64,000 bases of DNA from Squalus acanthias (Eukaryota). The notes beneath the pieces were generated by a model. It worked only from the letters and a program-made list of their open reading frames with translations, had not been told where the DNA came from and ran no database searches. Positions within the stretch are counted from its first letter, which is position 1; each line of letters opens with the position of its first letter. The stretch spans positions 57,104,001 through 57,168,000 of the forward strand of contig CM059432.1 of the NCBI GenBank assembly GCA_030390025.1. Direction: 5' to 3'. A program made the position numbers and the translations under genes. Shown in pieces: positions 48,347-60,944 of this stretch.

Positions 48347-50577
48347 GGGGCCTGGTGTTTCCGCTTGATTGCACTGGTTTTTTCAGCGCAATTCCCCCGA
48401 TATCAGCGTAACCGGCGCAAGAGATCACGGAATTTTAAGCACAAATTGCATTCAGCGCAACTTGAGTTTCTGCGATCTTCTGCACTAGTTTTAAAACATC
48501 ACGCTAGAACAGGCCTCGCCCACAAGACTGGCCTACTCCCAAAGGTGAATTAATCACCATTGGGAGTTTTCGCTAATTGTGCTAGTTTGCAGGCCTTTGA
48601 GGAGGCTCCAAAAATTCAGCTGGAACTTTTGGGTGCAAGGACACTAATAGGTACATTTTAAAAGGTTTTGAATGAATTTTTAAAAATTTATTAAGGAACT
48701 GACTGCTGTACCCCAATCTAACTAGAAAATAGTTTTGTATATTTTTTAAAAGTCATTTTCAGTCACTTAAAATCATGTTACTCACAGGTGGGGGATTGAC
48801 ACTGCGATTTAAAATGCTTTATTTTTGTGATAAACCCATTTTCAGCTGTAAGAAAATAAGAAATAGGAGCAGTGGTCGACTATTCGGCCCTTCGAGCCTG
48901 CTCCACCATTCAGTAAGATCATGGCTGATCTTCTACCTCAACTCCACCTTCCCGCACTATCCCCATATCCCTTGATTCCCTTAATATTCAAAAACCTATC
49001 GATCTCTGTCTTGAATATACTTAACGACTGAGTATCCACCGCCCTCTGGGGTAGAGAATTCTAAAGATTCACAACCCTTTGAGTGAAGAAATTTCTCCTT
49101 ATCTCAGTCCTAAATGGCCAACCCCTTATTCTGAGATTATGCCCCCTGGTTCTAGACTCCCCAGCCAGGGGAAACATCCTCCCAGCCTCTACCCTGCCAA
49201 GCCCTGTAAGAATTTTATATGTTTCAATGAGATCACCTCTCATTCTTCTAAATTCTAGGGTATATAGGCCTTGTCTCCTGAACCTCTCCTCATAGGACAA
49301 TCCCCCCATCCCAGAAATCAGTCTGGCGAACCTTCATTGCACTCCCTCTAAGGCAAGTATATCCTTCTTTAGGTAAGGGGACCAAAACTGTACACAGTAC
49401 TCAAGGTGTGGTCTCACCAGGGCCCTATATAATTACAGTAAGACTTCTTTACTCTTATACTCCAATCCTTTTGTAATAAAGGCTAACATACCATTTGCTT
49501 TCCTAATTGTTTGCTGTACCTGCATGTTAACTTTCACTGATTCGTGTACAAGGACAACCAGATCCCTCTGAATACTAACATTTCCCTATCTCTCACCATT
49601 TTAAAAATATTCTGCTTTTCTATTTTTCCTACCAAAGTGGATAACTTCACATTTCTCCACATTATATTCCATCTGCCATGTTCTTGCCCACTCACTTAAT
49701 CTGTCTATATCCCTTTGCAGCCTCTTTGCATTCTCCTCACAACTTACTTTCCCACCAAGCTTTGTATCGTCAGTAAACTTGGATACATTACACTACACTT
49801 GGTCCCCTCATCTAAGACATTGATATAGATTATAAATAGCTGAGACCCAAACGCTGATCCTTGTGGTACCCTGCCAATCCGAAAATGATCTGTTTATTCC
49901 TACTCTCGGTATTCTGTCCATTAACCAATCCTCAATCCATGCTAATATATTACCCCTATCCCATGAGCCCTAATTTTGTTTAATAACCTCTTGTGTGGCA
50001 CCTTATCGAATGCTTTCTGAAAATCCAAATATACGACATGCACTGGTTCCCCCTTATCTACCCTACTAGTTACTATCTCAAAAAACGCTAACAGATTTAT
50101 CAAACACGATTTTCCTTTCATAAATCTGTGTTGAGTCTGCCCAATCATATTATGATTTTCTAAGTGCCCTGTTGCCATGACCCTAATAATAGATTCTCAC
50201 ATTTTCCCTACTACTGATGTCAGGCTAACTGGCCTATAGTTCCCTGTTTTCTCTCGCCCTCCTTTCTTGAATAGCGAGTTTACATTTGCTACCTTCCAAT
50301 CTTCGGGGACTGTTCTAGAATCTAGGGTAATAATCAAACTTTACCAAGTTACCACTCTTAAAAATATTAAGAAATATTTTTTAAAGCAATATTTTTTTTT
50401 TAAATTACATTTTAAAACGCTGCCCAATTGTGCTGGTTCATGGCAGATTTTACATTTGGCGATATGCAAATGAGTGAGAGGAAACTCGGGCGGGGGGGGG
50501 GGGGTAAGCACTTTTCAAAACGGGTGCAATTTGTGCCAGAATCACCGATTGCGCCCAAAGTGGAAACTCTGCCCCGC
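48347..50577. mobile_element. MITE family B copy interrupted by CR1
   Basis: Ends GGGGCCTGGTGTTTCCGC and GTGGAAACTCTGCCCC. Halves rejoin as TTTTCAGCT-GTAA-TAATCAAACT, as in the uninterrupted copy near 4741-4770. Confidence 0.8.
48852..50326 (-). mobile_element. 5'-truncated CR1 LINE
   Basis: ORFs 49061-49309 and 49942-50178; GTAA duplicated at 48848-51 and 50327-30. Confidence 0.95.
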
Positions 50578-50786
50578 AATCTGTGCCTCACAACAATCGT
50601 CACTCTACCTCCAGTTGCACTAGGACCATTCACACAGGGATGTAGTACAGCATTAAATCCATTCTTTTAAAAACATTTCATGTGCGCTGAAAACATAATA
50701 GAAAACTATGATTTATAACCTGTGCATCTTTACAGTATATCTTCCTTCGGCCTTCTAACCTAAGTAGTAAAAATGCTTTAAATTAA

Positions 50787-50885
50787 TCAGAAAATGCTGG
50801 AAACACTCAGCAGGTCAGGCAGCATCTACGGAGAGAGAAACGGGGTTAACATTTCAGGTCGATGACTTTTCATCAGAACTGGAAG
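50787..50885 (-). mobile_element. Penelope-like terminal remnant with hammerhead motif (50843-50880)
   Basis: Minus strand: AGTT-CTGATGA-A-AAGTC-ATC-GACCT-GAAA-TG-TT-AACC. Confidence 0.7.
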
Positions 50886-51769
50886 TAGAAAAGCTTTATC
50901 TCCATATTTTAAAGGGGCATTGTCATTGTGATAAGGAGGTTTCAGGCAGACTCAATTCCTGGAACAACCAGTGGAAAAAAAATATACCAAAACCTCTGAT
51001 GCAGATGCTCTTTTTTACCTGAGAAAGTTTGAGCACTGCAGTGCAAATGTTTAGAGAAAAATAATTCCAGAAGATGTCAGAAATACAGTATAATGATGCA
51101 ATCGCACTAACTAATAACACTGCATTTATACAGTGTACACATGTTAACAAACATGGTAGTCTCTTGCAGGTAACAACAGTACCCTGTAAACTCTAATGAA
51201 AATCAATATCTCCAGATATTCTTAAGTAAAACAAATCACCAAAATAATGAAAAGGGAAAAGAAACACACACAGCAAAATGAGATTACAGAGTTCAGCACC
51301 CACAGAACAATGAATGCCCCAGCAAGCAATCAAATGTCGTCAGGGCAGGGAAGAGAAAAAATGGAAAATAAATGAATAGAATATTAGAATAAAATAAAAT
51401 AAAGAAAAAGTGTCGGTGCTGGGTTCCGTTCCTTGGAGCAATAAAAATATCGCACTATTCTGTGCAATCCATAATTATATCAATACTCCGAGAAAATCAT
51501 CTGAATCTATCTAGGTATAAATGTACAACAGTGTTTAAGTTCTGCTGAACTGAACTCATCAGAAAGTATAGATTATATATTCCAATACCCTATCGTTTCA
51601 CTTCTTTAATTAAAATATTGTGATATGGGAAATAGATCTTTGATAACCATGGATAAAAATTATGCTCTTGGGCTGTTATCTTGACAGATAACACTACAGT
51701 GATTAGATGTAGTCTTTTACATAGCCTGATGTACAAAACCATTTAAAGTAGCATGTGACTTGATAACTT

Positions 51770-52250
51770 ACAAGACCACAGGCTACATGAAAAAGCCATT
51801 TAGCCCAACTTAGCTCATCCACCTAGTAAATTCTACAGTTGACCCATCATTGCATCCGCCTGTCTCTTAAATGCTTTCACGATCTTTGCCTCTCCTTCCC
51901 GATTTAGAATTCCAATTGTTCATCGGCTTTGGTTTGAATTTGTCTTTCACTAGTTTGTACTTGTGTCCTTCTGAACATAAGTACAAGGTTTATCTTTAAG
52001 TAGTGCTCCAGAATTATCTTTTCTACACCATTCACCTTCTTAAATCCTTCCTTTCAAGGCTGACAGCCTAACTTTCTCAAGATTTACCTCGATAGTCCTC
52101 TGGCATTCAACATCAGGCTTGTGGCTCTTCCCTGCACCACTAATCAATTGTTTCCCTTGTGACTCGGTGACCAAAACCAGACATAGTACGCAAGGTGTAG
52201 TCTGACTAGAGTATGTAAAACTTCAGTATGACTTTGTCCGTACAGCTCCA
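51770..52250 (-). mobile_element. Old CR1 3' fragment
   Basis: Degenerate reverse complement of LVRLHLAYYVWFWSP and CR1-like 3'UTR (GCCATTTAGCCCA). Confidence 0.55.
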
Positions 52251-52293
52251 CTGTATTAATGACAATCCTGCCCAGCTTTCAGATCATGTTGAA

Positions 52294-52920
52294 GGGGTGG
52301 AAAATGGTTCTGGCCCGTTTTCGTGACCATAACCAAGTGCCTGCCCCAACGTGGACGCCCGACACCAGCAAATTATTTCTCCTCGGGTCTCATTAATATT
52401 GTTTGTGTGAGCTGCCGGCGCCTCTCACACCTCCACAAGCAGAACATGCATTTTACATTGATAAATATAAGCTAAGTCCCAGGGCGGGGGGAGGGGGATG
52501 TTGGAGAGGCAATGGTGGGGAAAGCAATTGTGAGGACTGTGGAGTCAGGGGAGAACTCCAGCTCCTGTGGGCTACACAGCCGTGTTATTTAACTTTTCAT
52601 TTTAAATTTAAATATACCTTTTGATGGCGGGCATTGCTTAGGCTGCAGCAGCCGCTGAAAAATCCAGAGCGGAGCGGCACGTTCTCCACTCAATTCAAAC
52701 CAATTTCTGTAAGGAAGTCTAAAAGAGGCCCCACCTATACACATGTAAGGGAACTAATGCCTGTTTTAGGTGGCGGCCCAGGACGTCAGCAAAGCTGCCT
52801 TTACCAATATGGTGATACTCATAAAGCAGCCGCAGATTGGGTGCAGGATGTTGCGCCCGAAATTAGTCCTTTTTCCCCATTTCCGCCTGGAAAATGGGCA
52901 TGAGGACCAATTTCTACCAC
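52294..52920. mobile_element. Harbinger-like MITE
   Basis: Imperfect TIRs GGGGTGGAAAATGGTTCT / AGGACCAATTTCTACCAC; GC-rich subterminal regions. Confidence 0.6.
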
Positions 52921-52934
52921 AAAGTCTGTCCTTT

Positions 52935-54695
52935 TCCAGAGCAAATTGGCAAAGGTAGTCTGGAGGACGAGTTCATGGAATGCATTCGGGACAGTTTCCT
53001 AGATTACGTCATGGAACCAACCAGGGAACAGGCTATTTTCGATCTTGTATTGTGTAATGAGACAGGGTTAATTAGAAATCTCATAATAAAGGATCCTCTG
53101 GGGCAGTGTGATCATAATATGATAGAATTTCACATTAAGTTTGAGAGTGACTTGCCTAGAGAAACTAGAGTCTTAAACTTAAATAAAGCCAATTAAATAG
53201 GTATGAGGGGCGAGTTGGCTAAGGTAGATTGGAAAAATAGATTAAAAGGTATGGTGATAGATAAGCAGTGGCTAGCGTTTAAAGAAATATTTCATAATTC
53301 TCAACAAAAATACATTCCATTGAGAAACAAAAATTCCACGGGAAAAGTGATCCAACTGTGGCTAACTAATGAAGTTAAGGATAGCATTAGATTGAAAGAA
53401 GAAGCTTATAATGTTGCGAAGAATAGTAGTATGTCTAAGGATTGGGAGAGATTCAGAAACCAGCAAAGGATGACCAAAAAATTGATAAAAAGGGAAAAAA
53501 TAGAATGAGAGAAAACTAGCAAGAAATATAAAAGCAAATTGTAAGAGCTTCTGCAAGTATGTAAAAAGGAAGAGAGTAGCAAAAGTAAATGTTGGTCCCT
53601 TAGAGGCTGAGACAGGAGAAATTATTATGGGGAATAAGGAAATGGCAGAAACGTTAAACAAATATTTTGTATCTGTCTTCACAGTAGAAGACACAAAAAG
53701 CATACCAAAAATGGTGGGGAACCAAGGGTCTAATGAGGGTGAGGAACTTTACGTAATTAATATAAGTAGAGAAAAAGTACTAGAGAAACTAATGGGACTA
53801 AAAGCCGACAAATCCCCTGGACCTGACGGCCTACATCCTAGAGTTCTAAAAGAGGTGGCAGAAGAGATAGTGGATGCATTGGTTTTGATCTTCCAAAACG
53901 CCCTAGATTCTAGAACGGTCCCAGCGAATTGGAAGGTCGCAAATATAACACCACTATTCAAAGAGATTGGGTGTCGTCGTGCAAGAAACACAGAAAGCTA
54001 GCTTGCAGGTACAGCAAGCAGTAAGGAAGGCAAATGGCATGTTGGCCTTTATTGCAAGGGGGTTGAAGTATACATGTAAGGAAGTCTTGCTACAATTGTA
54101 CAGGGCCTTGGTGAGACCACACCTGGAGTACTGTGTACAGTTTTGATCTCCTTATCTAAGGAAGGATATACTTGCCTTGGAGGCGGTGCAACGAAGGTTC
54201 ACTAGATTGATTCCTGGGATGAGAGGGCATTCCTCTGATGAGAGATTGTGTAGAATGGCCCTGTACTCTCTGGAGTTTAGAAGAATGAGAGGCGATCTCA
54301 TTGAAACATACAAGATTCTGAATCAGATTAACAGGGTAGATGCTGAGAGGTTATTTCCCCTGGCTGGAGTGTCTAGAACTAGGGGACATAGTCTCAGGAT
54401 AAGGGGTCGGCCATTTAAGACCGAGATGAGGAGGAATTTCTTCACTCAGAGGGTTGTGAATCTTTGGACTTCTCTGCCCCAGAGGGCTGTGGATGCTGAG
54501 TCTTTGAGTATATTCAGGGCTGAGATAGATAGATTTTTGGACTCTAGGGGAATCAAGGGCTATGGAGATCGGGCGGGAAAGTGGAGTAGAGGTCGATGAT
54601 CAGCCATGATCTTATTGAATGGCGGATCAGGCTCGAGGGGCCGTTTGGCCTACTCCTGCTCCTATTTCTTATGTTCTTACATTCTTATGTTCTTA
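52935..54695 (+). mobile_element. CR1 LINE with RT core deleted (junction ~53962)
   Basis: Runs to ..ANITPLFK and then jumps directly to the LGV.V.ETQK region; ends in the (TTCTTATG)n tail. Confidence 0.9.
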
Positions 54696-54711
54696 AGTTA
54701 ATAAATACCTT

Positions 54712-55212
54712 GGGGTAGAGTTTGCGCTTTGGAATCGGGAAATTGCGCCCAAAATGCACCTGAAATTAGGCTTATCAGCAAAAACAAGCATTTTTAATAA
54801 GTGTGAGTAACCTGATTTGAAATCATTTAAATTAATTTTTTTTAAACTATACTGAACCATTTAATAGTTTAATTTGTGTACACTAGTCAGTTTCTTACTA
54901 AATTAAGTATTTTTTGATATGATAAACATGCCTGCCAGTGCGTGTGCATCCAAGAAAATAAGCACAATTTGAAGAGCCTTCCCGAACCAGCACAATCGGA
55001 GGAATCTCGTGATTTCAACCAGGGGGCGTGGCCAGTTTTATGGGCGGGGCCTGATTTGGGTGAATTGAACTTTGAACCAACGTAAAAGATCACGGAAAAC
55101 ACAAATACAAGTGGTTTTGGGCGTAACTCACTTGCGTTACAATTCCCCGATCTTTTATACTGGTTCAGCCGATTGCGCTGAAAACTAGCGAAACAAACAG
55201 AAACTCTATACC
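54712..55212. mobile_element. Harbinger-like MITE (family B-related)
   Basis: TIRs GGGGTAGAGTTT / AAACTCTATACC; TSD CTT. Confidence 0.75.
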
Positions 55213-56264
55213 CTTGGTTCTATTTCTGCTGCTTTATTTGCTTAAATAGTGATGGAAAAGGTGTCAAAAGATTATAGTTGCTTGACACTTTCCTCTTTTA
55301 CTCTTCACTCTCCTCATCCAAGTTTGAAGTTTTCTTGTGATATTTTCCTTTGGAAAGTGCATGTCTACCTTTATTTGAACCATATAAACTCCCACTAGGT
55401 TGGTTATTAAGGACTGCTACTGACCTGATATCAGCGTAGTCTCCATAACCACTGCACCTGACATTTAGCTCTTGCTAAGACACTAACATGATCAAATGTT
55501 GCCAGATAAGTTAAATAAAGCATCATCTGACTTGCATCAGATTTTAACACTTAACATCAAGTGATAGTGTGTCCTCATTTTCTCTTCAAAATATTTCATA
55601 TGCATTCTTTTTTCATTTGCCATTTTCACTTGTACTGTAAACCCTTACAATTAAAATCACTTGTTTAAAAGGGCATTCTTATGCCAAATTGAGATTCCTT
55701 TTGTCTTCTCTAAGGAAAAGTAAAAGCATGGTAACATCTGAGCTAGACATTTGAAAAACTATTTGGTCTAATATTAAAATATAAACTGTATTAGAAACCC
55801 TATAGTGTGGTTTGAAGTGTAACTGAAACATACTGGCAAACAGAACCACTCTAGATCTGCTCGACCCACTTTTTTTTTAGTGCAATTAAGTAAAAATACT
55901 CTTGAGTACCAACCACTAATATATAGAGCAGGAATCAATGCACAACTCATAGCTCCTAAAATGTAAACCTATTTTATACCACGCCATCTTTAAAGATTCC
56001 TGTGCAATACAGCACCAACGGGAATCGAGAGATCGATGAGATCAGTGTTAATCATTGATTTTGTGCCCTTGTGGTAAACCGCTTGCCTTATCACATAATG
56101 TTTGCTGGTTGGAATCGCAAGAAAGATAGTTTTCAACCCACAGTGCTATCTGTGATAGGTCTGTCCTTGGTAGCAGCTATCTACTTGTCTGGTGATAAAT
56201 GGTTCCTGTTTTGTGCTACAGGCTTTTCTGCTAAATGGTATTTTATTTTTATTTCATTTTGCAG

Positions 56265-56444
56265 GTGAAATCCACTGAAGAATTTGTTTGCAATGGAGCT
56301 CTCCTATTCCTGTATGCCGGTGATTATTACTTGAATATAAAATTTCATGATGACAACTCAAGCAGGGAGCTGCCGCTTTCTTGGTTCTGCTTGCCAAGTG
56401 TTCATGTGCGTGCCATGGATCCAGCTCAACACACACTATTTTAA
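56265..56444 (+). CDS. TRAPPC9: TRAPPC9 terminal coding exon
   Basis: TTTCATTTTGCAG acceptor, phase 0 matching the previous exon. Encodes VKSTEEFVCNGALLFLYAGDYYLNIKFHDDNSSRELPLSWFCLPSVHVRAMDPAQHTLF*, homologous to TRAPPC9 ...GALLFLYTGDF...ELPPSWFCLPSVHV. Confidence 0.95.
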   Translation: MKSTEEFVCNGALLFLYAGDYYLNIKFHDDNSSRELPLSWFCLPSVHVRAMDPAQHTLF

Positions 56445-56575
56445 ATTTATTTCAGAAAGTAGGGATTGTAAGATGTAGTGAGTGAGATCATTGTAAATAG
56501 TGACTGACTAGCCATACTTGCCAACGGGACCTCCCTAAATATTCTGGTTTAAGACTACTCTGGCACTGTCCCAAA

Positions 56576-56724
56576 AATAAAATGCTTCTGGATTTTTCTG
56601 TAAACCTTGCTTGGCCAAATTTTTAAATATCCAAGGGATTGATGGCTACTTTCAGTAAAATTACTCAAGTTAGTAATAAACCTGTATTATAGAGGAGATG
56701 AGGTTCACCTTTGGACAAAATAAA
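56576..56724 (+). terminator. Candidate TRAPPC9 polyadenylation signals
   Basis: AATAAA at 56576, 56675 and 56719, with a GT-rich tract after 56740. Further AATAAA at 57220 and 57562. Confidence 0.5.
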
Positions 56725-57951
56725 AGGCACTTGATCAGTAGGTTGGTGTACTGTTTGATCTCTAATCGGAACCTTGTTAAAATCTAAAAGATAAATTTAC
56801 ATTTCTTGGCATGGTTAAGTGAAATCTGGTGCGCAATGAAGGTTGGATGTTAAAAATGCTTCAAGATTTTGGCTGTAAGAATAATGGGGAATAGAAGGAA
56901 GGTTGACAAATAACATCAGTGTTGCGATGATGAAGGCATGTATTCTTTACAAGTCTGATATGACAATGCTGTAAAGCTCAATCTTAATGCTCAATGAATT
57001 CCTCATGTTCCCCTTTCTTTGGACACCCTTTGTGTACTGTTCAAATGTATGGACACAATGTATTGTTGCTCTGTATTATAGCTGTAAGGTACCTGCAGTT
57101 GTTTGAGAGAGTAAGGCAATATGCCCCATTCACACTGCAATGAAGTGGCTGCTGCCCTTCAAAGGGGTTATTCATTAGTTTTTCCCCAAGGTGTTAGTGA
57201 AGCCATTTTCAATGTTACTAATAAACGATTAAAAAGAAACAGCTGGAAAACCAGTTACAAACTCAGGGTTTTTTTACAATTAAAAGTTGCTATGGTTTAG
57301 GTCTACCTGAATCTTATGAATACTCCATCTTCATGGTTAATTTGCAGTTGAGCATCTGCAATTATTATAAAGTAATTAGAATGATAAATATTACTGGGAT
57401 TATGCCACTCTTTCAGCTGCAGTGTGAACAAGGCTATTGTCTGTCTTTTTGTTTCAAACAAAATTCAGGAACTACTGTAACTAGCATCTCTGTACACAAT
57501 CCCAACTGCTGTTCTAAAGATACTTTTCTTTCCTGTACCTGCAAAAAGTTGTATCTTTGGAAATAAATTTGGCTTGCATGTTCATCTGTAACCAAAAGCT
57601 TCCTTCTCAGCGTTAGTTATACTTTTAAGTGAACATTTTGTTTCCCAGCCCAGCACCAAGAGTTAAAGGATTCCACGTTTGCTCTGAATCTATAGAACGT
57701 ATTTTCAGTCAAAAGTTTGGACATCTCATTTGCAACACCAAGCAATAGATTGTACATTGGTAAGGTGTACATATCATAGTAGATCACGATTTTCAAGAAG
57801 CCTATTTGTTACAGGATACAAAATATAAACATTTTCTATAAGATGAGGAGGGTAATCTTCAAGGATGCTTAAATATGATAAAATTTGGGATGACTTCGTG
57901 CAGTATAAAATATGCAGTATATTTCAGTAGGTCTTTTTGAGGGAACATTAG

Positions 57952-58883
57952 AGGGATGATTTTAACCTGCCCCCTCCCCCGCCCCCCCCCAAGGCAGGAA
58001 CATTCCAGGGAGGGGGGTGGTTAAGATGGGGGAACTTGCCTGATTTCAGACACAGGAAGGCCGTCCGCCACAGAAGAGTATTTAAATGGGAAAGTCATGT
58101 CCTAATGACGTCATCTGGACGCTGAAGACATTTTAACCACGAGTCAACTATAGGCCACACCGTCTCGAGCTCGCCAGCCAAAGCTGGTGTTAGCCAGGAT
58201 CCTGACCTCAGGAGGCCCAGGTAAGTGAGATTTGTTTTACTTTTTAAAGGTTCCTTGTGGGTCAGGAGGAGCAGGAGTGCTTCTGCTGGCCCCACAAGGA
58301 TACCTCAGTCGACCCCGCACCCCAACGGGCTTCCCCCCCCTCTTCCCAATCACAGAGTTCCCCAATGCCCCCCTAATCCTTACTTACTTTGCCAGGGACC
58401 AAACTCGTGGGTTCCCATCAGCAACCTGAAACACTTCAGGCAGGAGTCAAATGTTGCGTCAGTGTCGGCAAATGTTACTGAGGGCCAGGGGACTTAATTC
58501 CGGTGTATAAAATTATTAGGTGCCTAGATAGAGTGGATAGAAAGCACCTATTTCCCTTAGCAAAGAGGTCAATATCCAGGGGGAATAAATTTAAAGTAAT
58601 TGGTAGAAGGGTTGGAGGGGAGTTGAGGAGAATTTTTTTCACCCAGAGGGCAGTGGGGGTCTGGAACGCACTGCCTGAAAGGGTGGTAGAGGCAGAAAGC
58701 CTCATCACATTTAAAAAGTACTTGGATATGCACTTGAAGTGCCGTAGCCTGCAAGGCTACGGACCAAGAGCTAGCAAGTGGGATTAGGCTAGAAAGTTCT
58801 TTTTTGACTGGCACAGACGCGATGGGCCGAATGGCCTCCTTCTGTGCTGTAAATTTCTATGATTCTAGGAGTTAAAATCACTC
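57952..58883. mobile_element. MITE interrupted near its right end by a CR1 3' fragment
   Basis: Ends GGGATGATTTTAAC and GTTAAAATCACTC; GC-rich interior. Confidence 0.6.
58500..58867 (+). mobile_element. CR1 3' fragment
   Basis: ORF 58503-58787 (FFTQRAVGVWNALP); tail TTTCTATGATTCTA. Confidence 0.9.
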
Positions 58884-59194
58884 GATCTCATGCTGCGAGA
58901 GGACCAGATGGTTCACCGTCTGCTTCAGCCCCCGCAAGAATGATACCCACCCCAAAATAACATCAGGGCTTATATCTCTTTCTTCTCTTTATCCTCCTGC
59001 TTCTTCTCAGGCCCACATCTCTTGCAACCAAAAGGGTAGGACAGGTAACCTTGAGGGCAGGCAAGTTTCAATGTTGCTAAGGGCCAGCTGCTATGAGTTA
59101 TGAGAATGGCTGTTGGAAGTATCCTATAATTCTCCTTTCCTGTGCTAAGATACCTGGGTGCTCTTTGTCACACAACACGCAGAGATTGGGAACT

Positions 59195-59710
59195 CATCAT
59201 AGGAAGGATCTGGAAGCTTTAGATAGAATAGCACTTAGATTAACTAGGATGCTGCCTTTTATGAGGAAATACAAATGCAAAGAACGACTTGAAAATTGGG
59301 TATTTTTTCATTAGAACAATGCAGATTATGAGGTGATATAATAGAAGTGTTTAAAATTATGAAAGAATGGAACAAGGTAGATAGAAGCAGACTGTTTCTA
59401 ATAGTTGAGGGGCCATAGATACAAGATTAAATGTAAGAGATTTAGAACAGAGGATAGGAGAAACTTCTTCATACAAAGAGAGTTGTAAGCATGTGGAATT
59501 CACTTCCAGGGCTAGTGGTTGAGGCAGAAATTATGTCAACATTGAAGATAATACTGGATGGGTGGATGAAGCAAAAGGGGTTGACAGAATATGGGAACAG
59601 GGTAGGTAAATGTGATTCGAACTATTTGCTTGCGTGAAGGGTAAACAGGAACGCGGATTGATTGGGCCTATTGTCCTGTTTCCGTGTTATAACTTTTATG
59701 TATTTCTTTG
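59195..59710 (+). mobile_element. Old CR1 3' fragment
   Basis: RKDLEALDRI...RLTRMLP, RRNFFIQ...MWNSLP and 3'UTR. Confidence 0.75.
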
Positions 59711-60944
59711 TAGTGGAAATCTGCATTTCTCTTCACCTATTTCACCAGTGACTTAACCATTGATGTTCACTGGAAAGACAATCATGCTTTTGTTGAAGAG
59801 AATGGCTCAGACCATAGGATGTACCACAAGAGCAAAGGATTAAAAATTTTACGGTCATTTTAGGCTTATTTTTTCTCTGCTACTCAAAATGAGAGATATC
59901 ATCAGACCAATCAAACACTTTGCCATGTTTGCACCCAATCTCAACATTAATCTTTCCTGGGTGAGGTACAGCATAGACAGATGCAGAATAAACCTCTGCC
60001 TGATTAACTCAGCCTCAGAAGAGCGCTGTTCTGGATGTTTCATTTTCAGCTTCAGTCTTCTATAAATCCTCTCTAAATGAGATGACCAATTCATGCCAAA
60101 TTATGAGCAACCTGTGTTCACTAGACACTGGGTTCAAACCATTTAAACTCATTTTACATAGGGGCTTGGCGATAGCAGACAGTGGTCATTTTATATATAG
60201 GTAATAAAAGGTTTCTATTTATACACATATGTTACTTACAATTTTAGCAAAGAATATTTGAAAGCCCTAGACATGCAAGAGTTGTAATGGGACACTTTTG
60301 TAAATCTGTTCACTAATTACAGAAATATAATAAGAGAAACCTCTGTTACCAGGACAGATTGAGTTCCACTGGGATATTTTACATTGGAGCTTTTTGATTT
60401 TTATTAAAATCTGATCTAATTTGCTGACCTTTTTGTGTTTGTTCAAGTTTTCTACATAATGAGAGTGAATGTGAATTGTGCATTGGAAGCTTATCCATGG
60501 ATCTTCTATGAATGCCCAATTTTAACTCTAAACAGATGGAAGGTATTGGCAACCACATTTGTTGTTCAGTTCATGGCTATGAAAAATTTTGTTATAATTG
60601 AATATAATTAATTGAAGATGATACGTAGGTTGGAGCATGTGACAAGCCAGTAACCCATCTAGGTTTTCAGATGCAATACAATGAACCAGCAAAATACACT
60701 GCTCTTTGTAACTGCAGGTGCAGTTTGTTAGGTCAGTTTAATTTACTCTACGTATCTGTGCTGTTTCTTTGTGGAATAGCTCAATGCTGATAAGGTGCTA
60801 AATGTGTAAAGTATTCCGTTTCTGAACCCAGACAGTCCTCAACTTGATGTGCATAAAGATTCACCAGATATTACTTTATATTTTTTTTAATTGATTACTA
60901 TTTGAGACAATATTACTGTATTATGAGCCACATTTTGCAAAATC

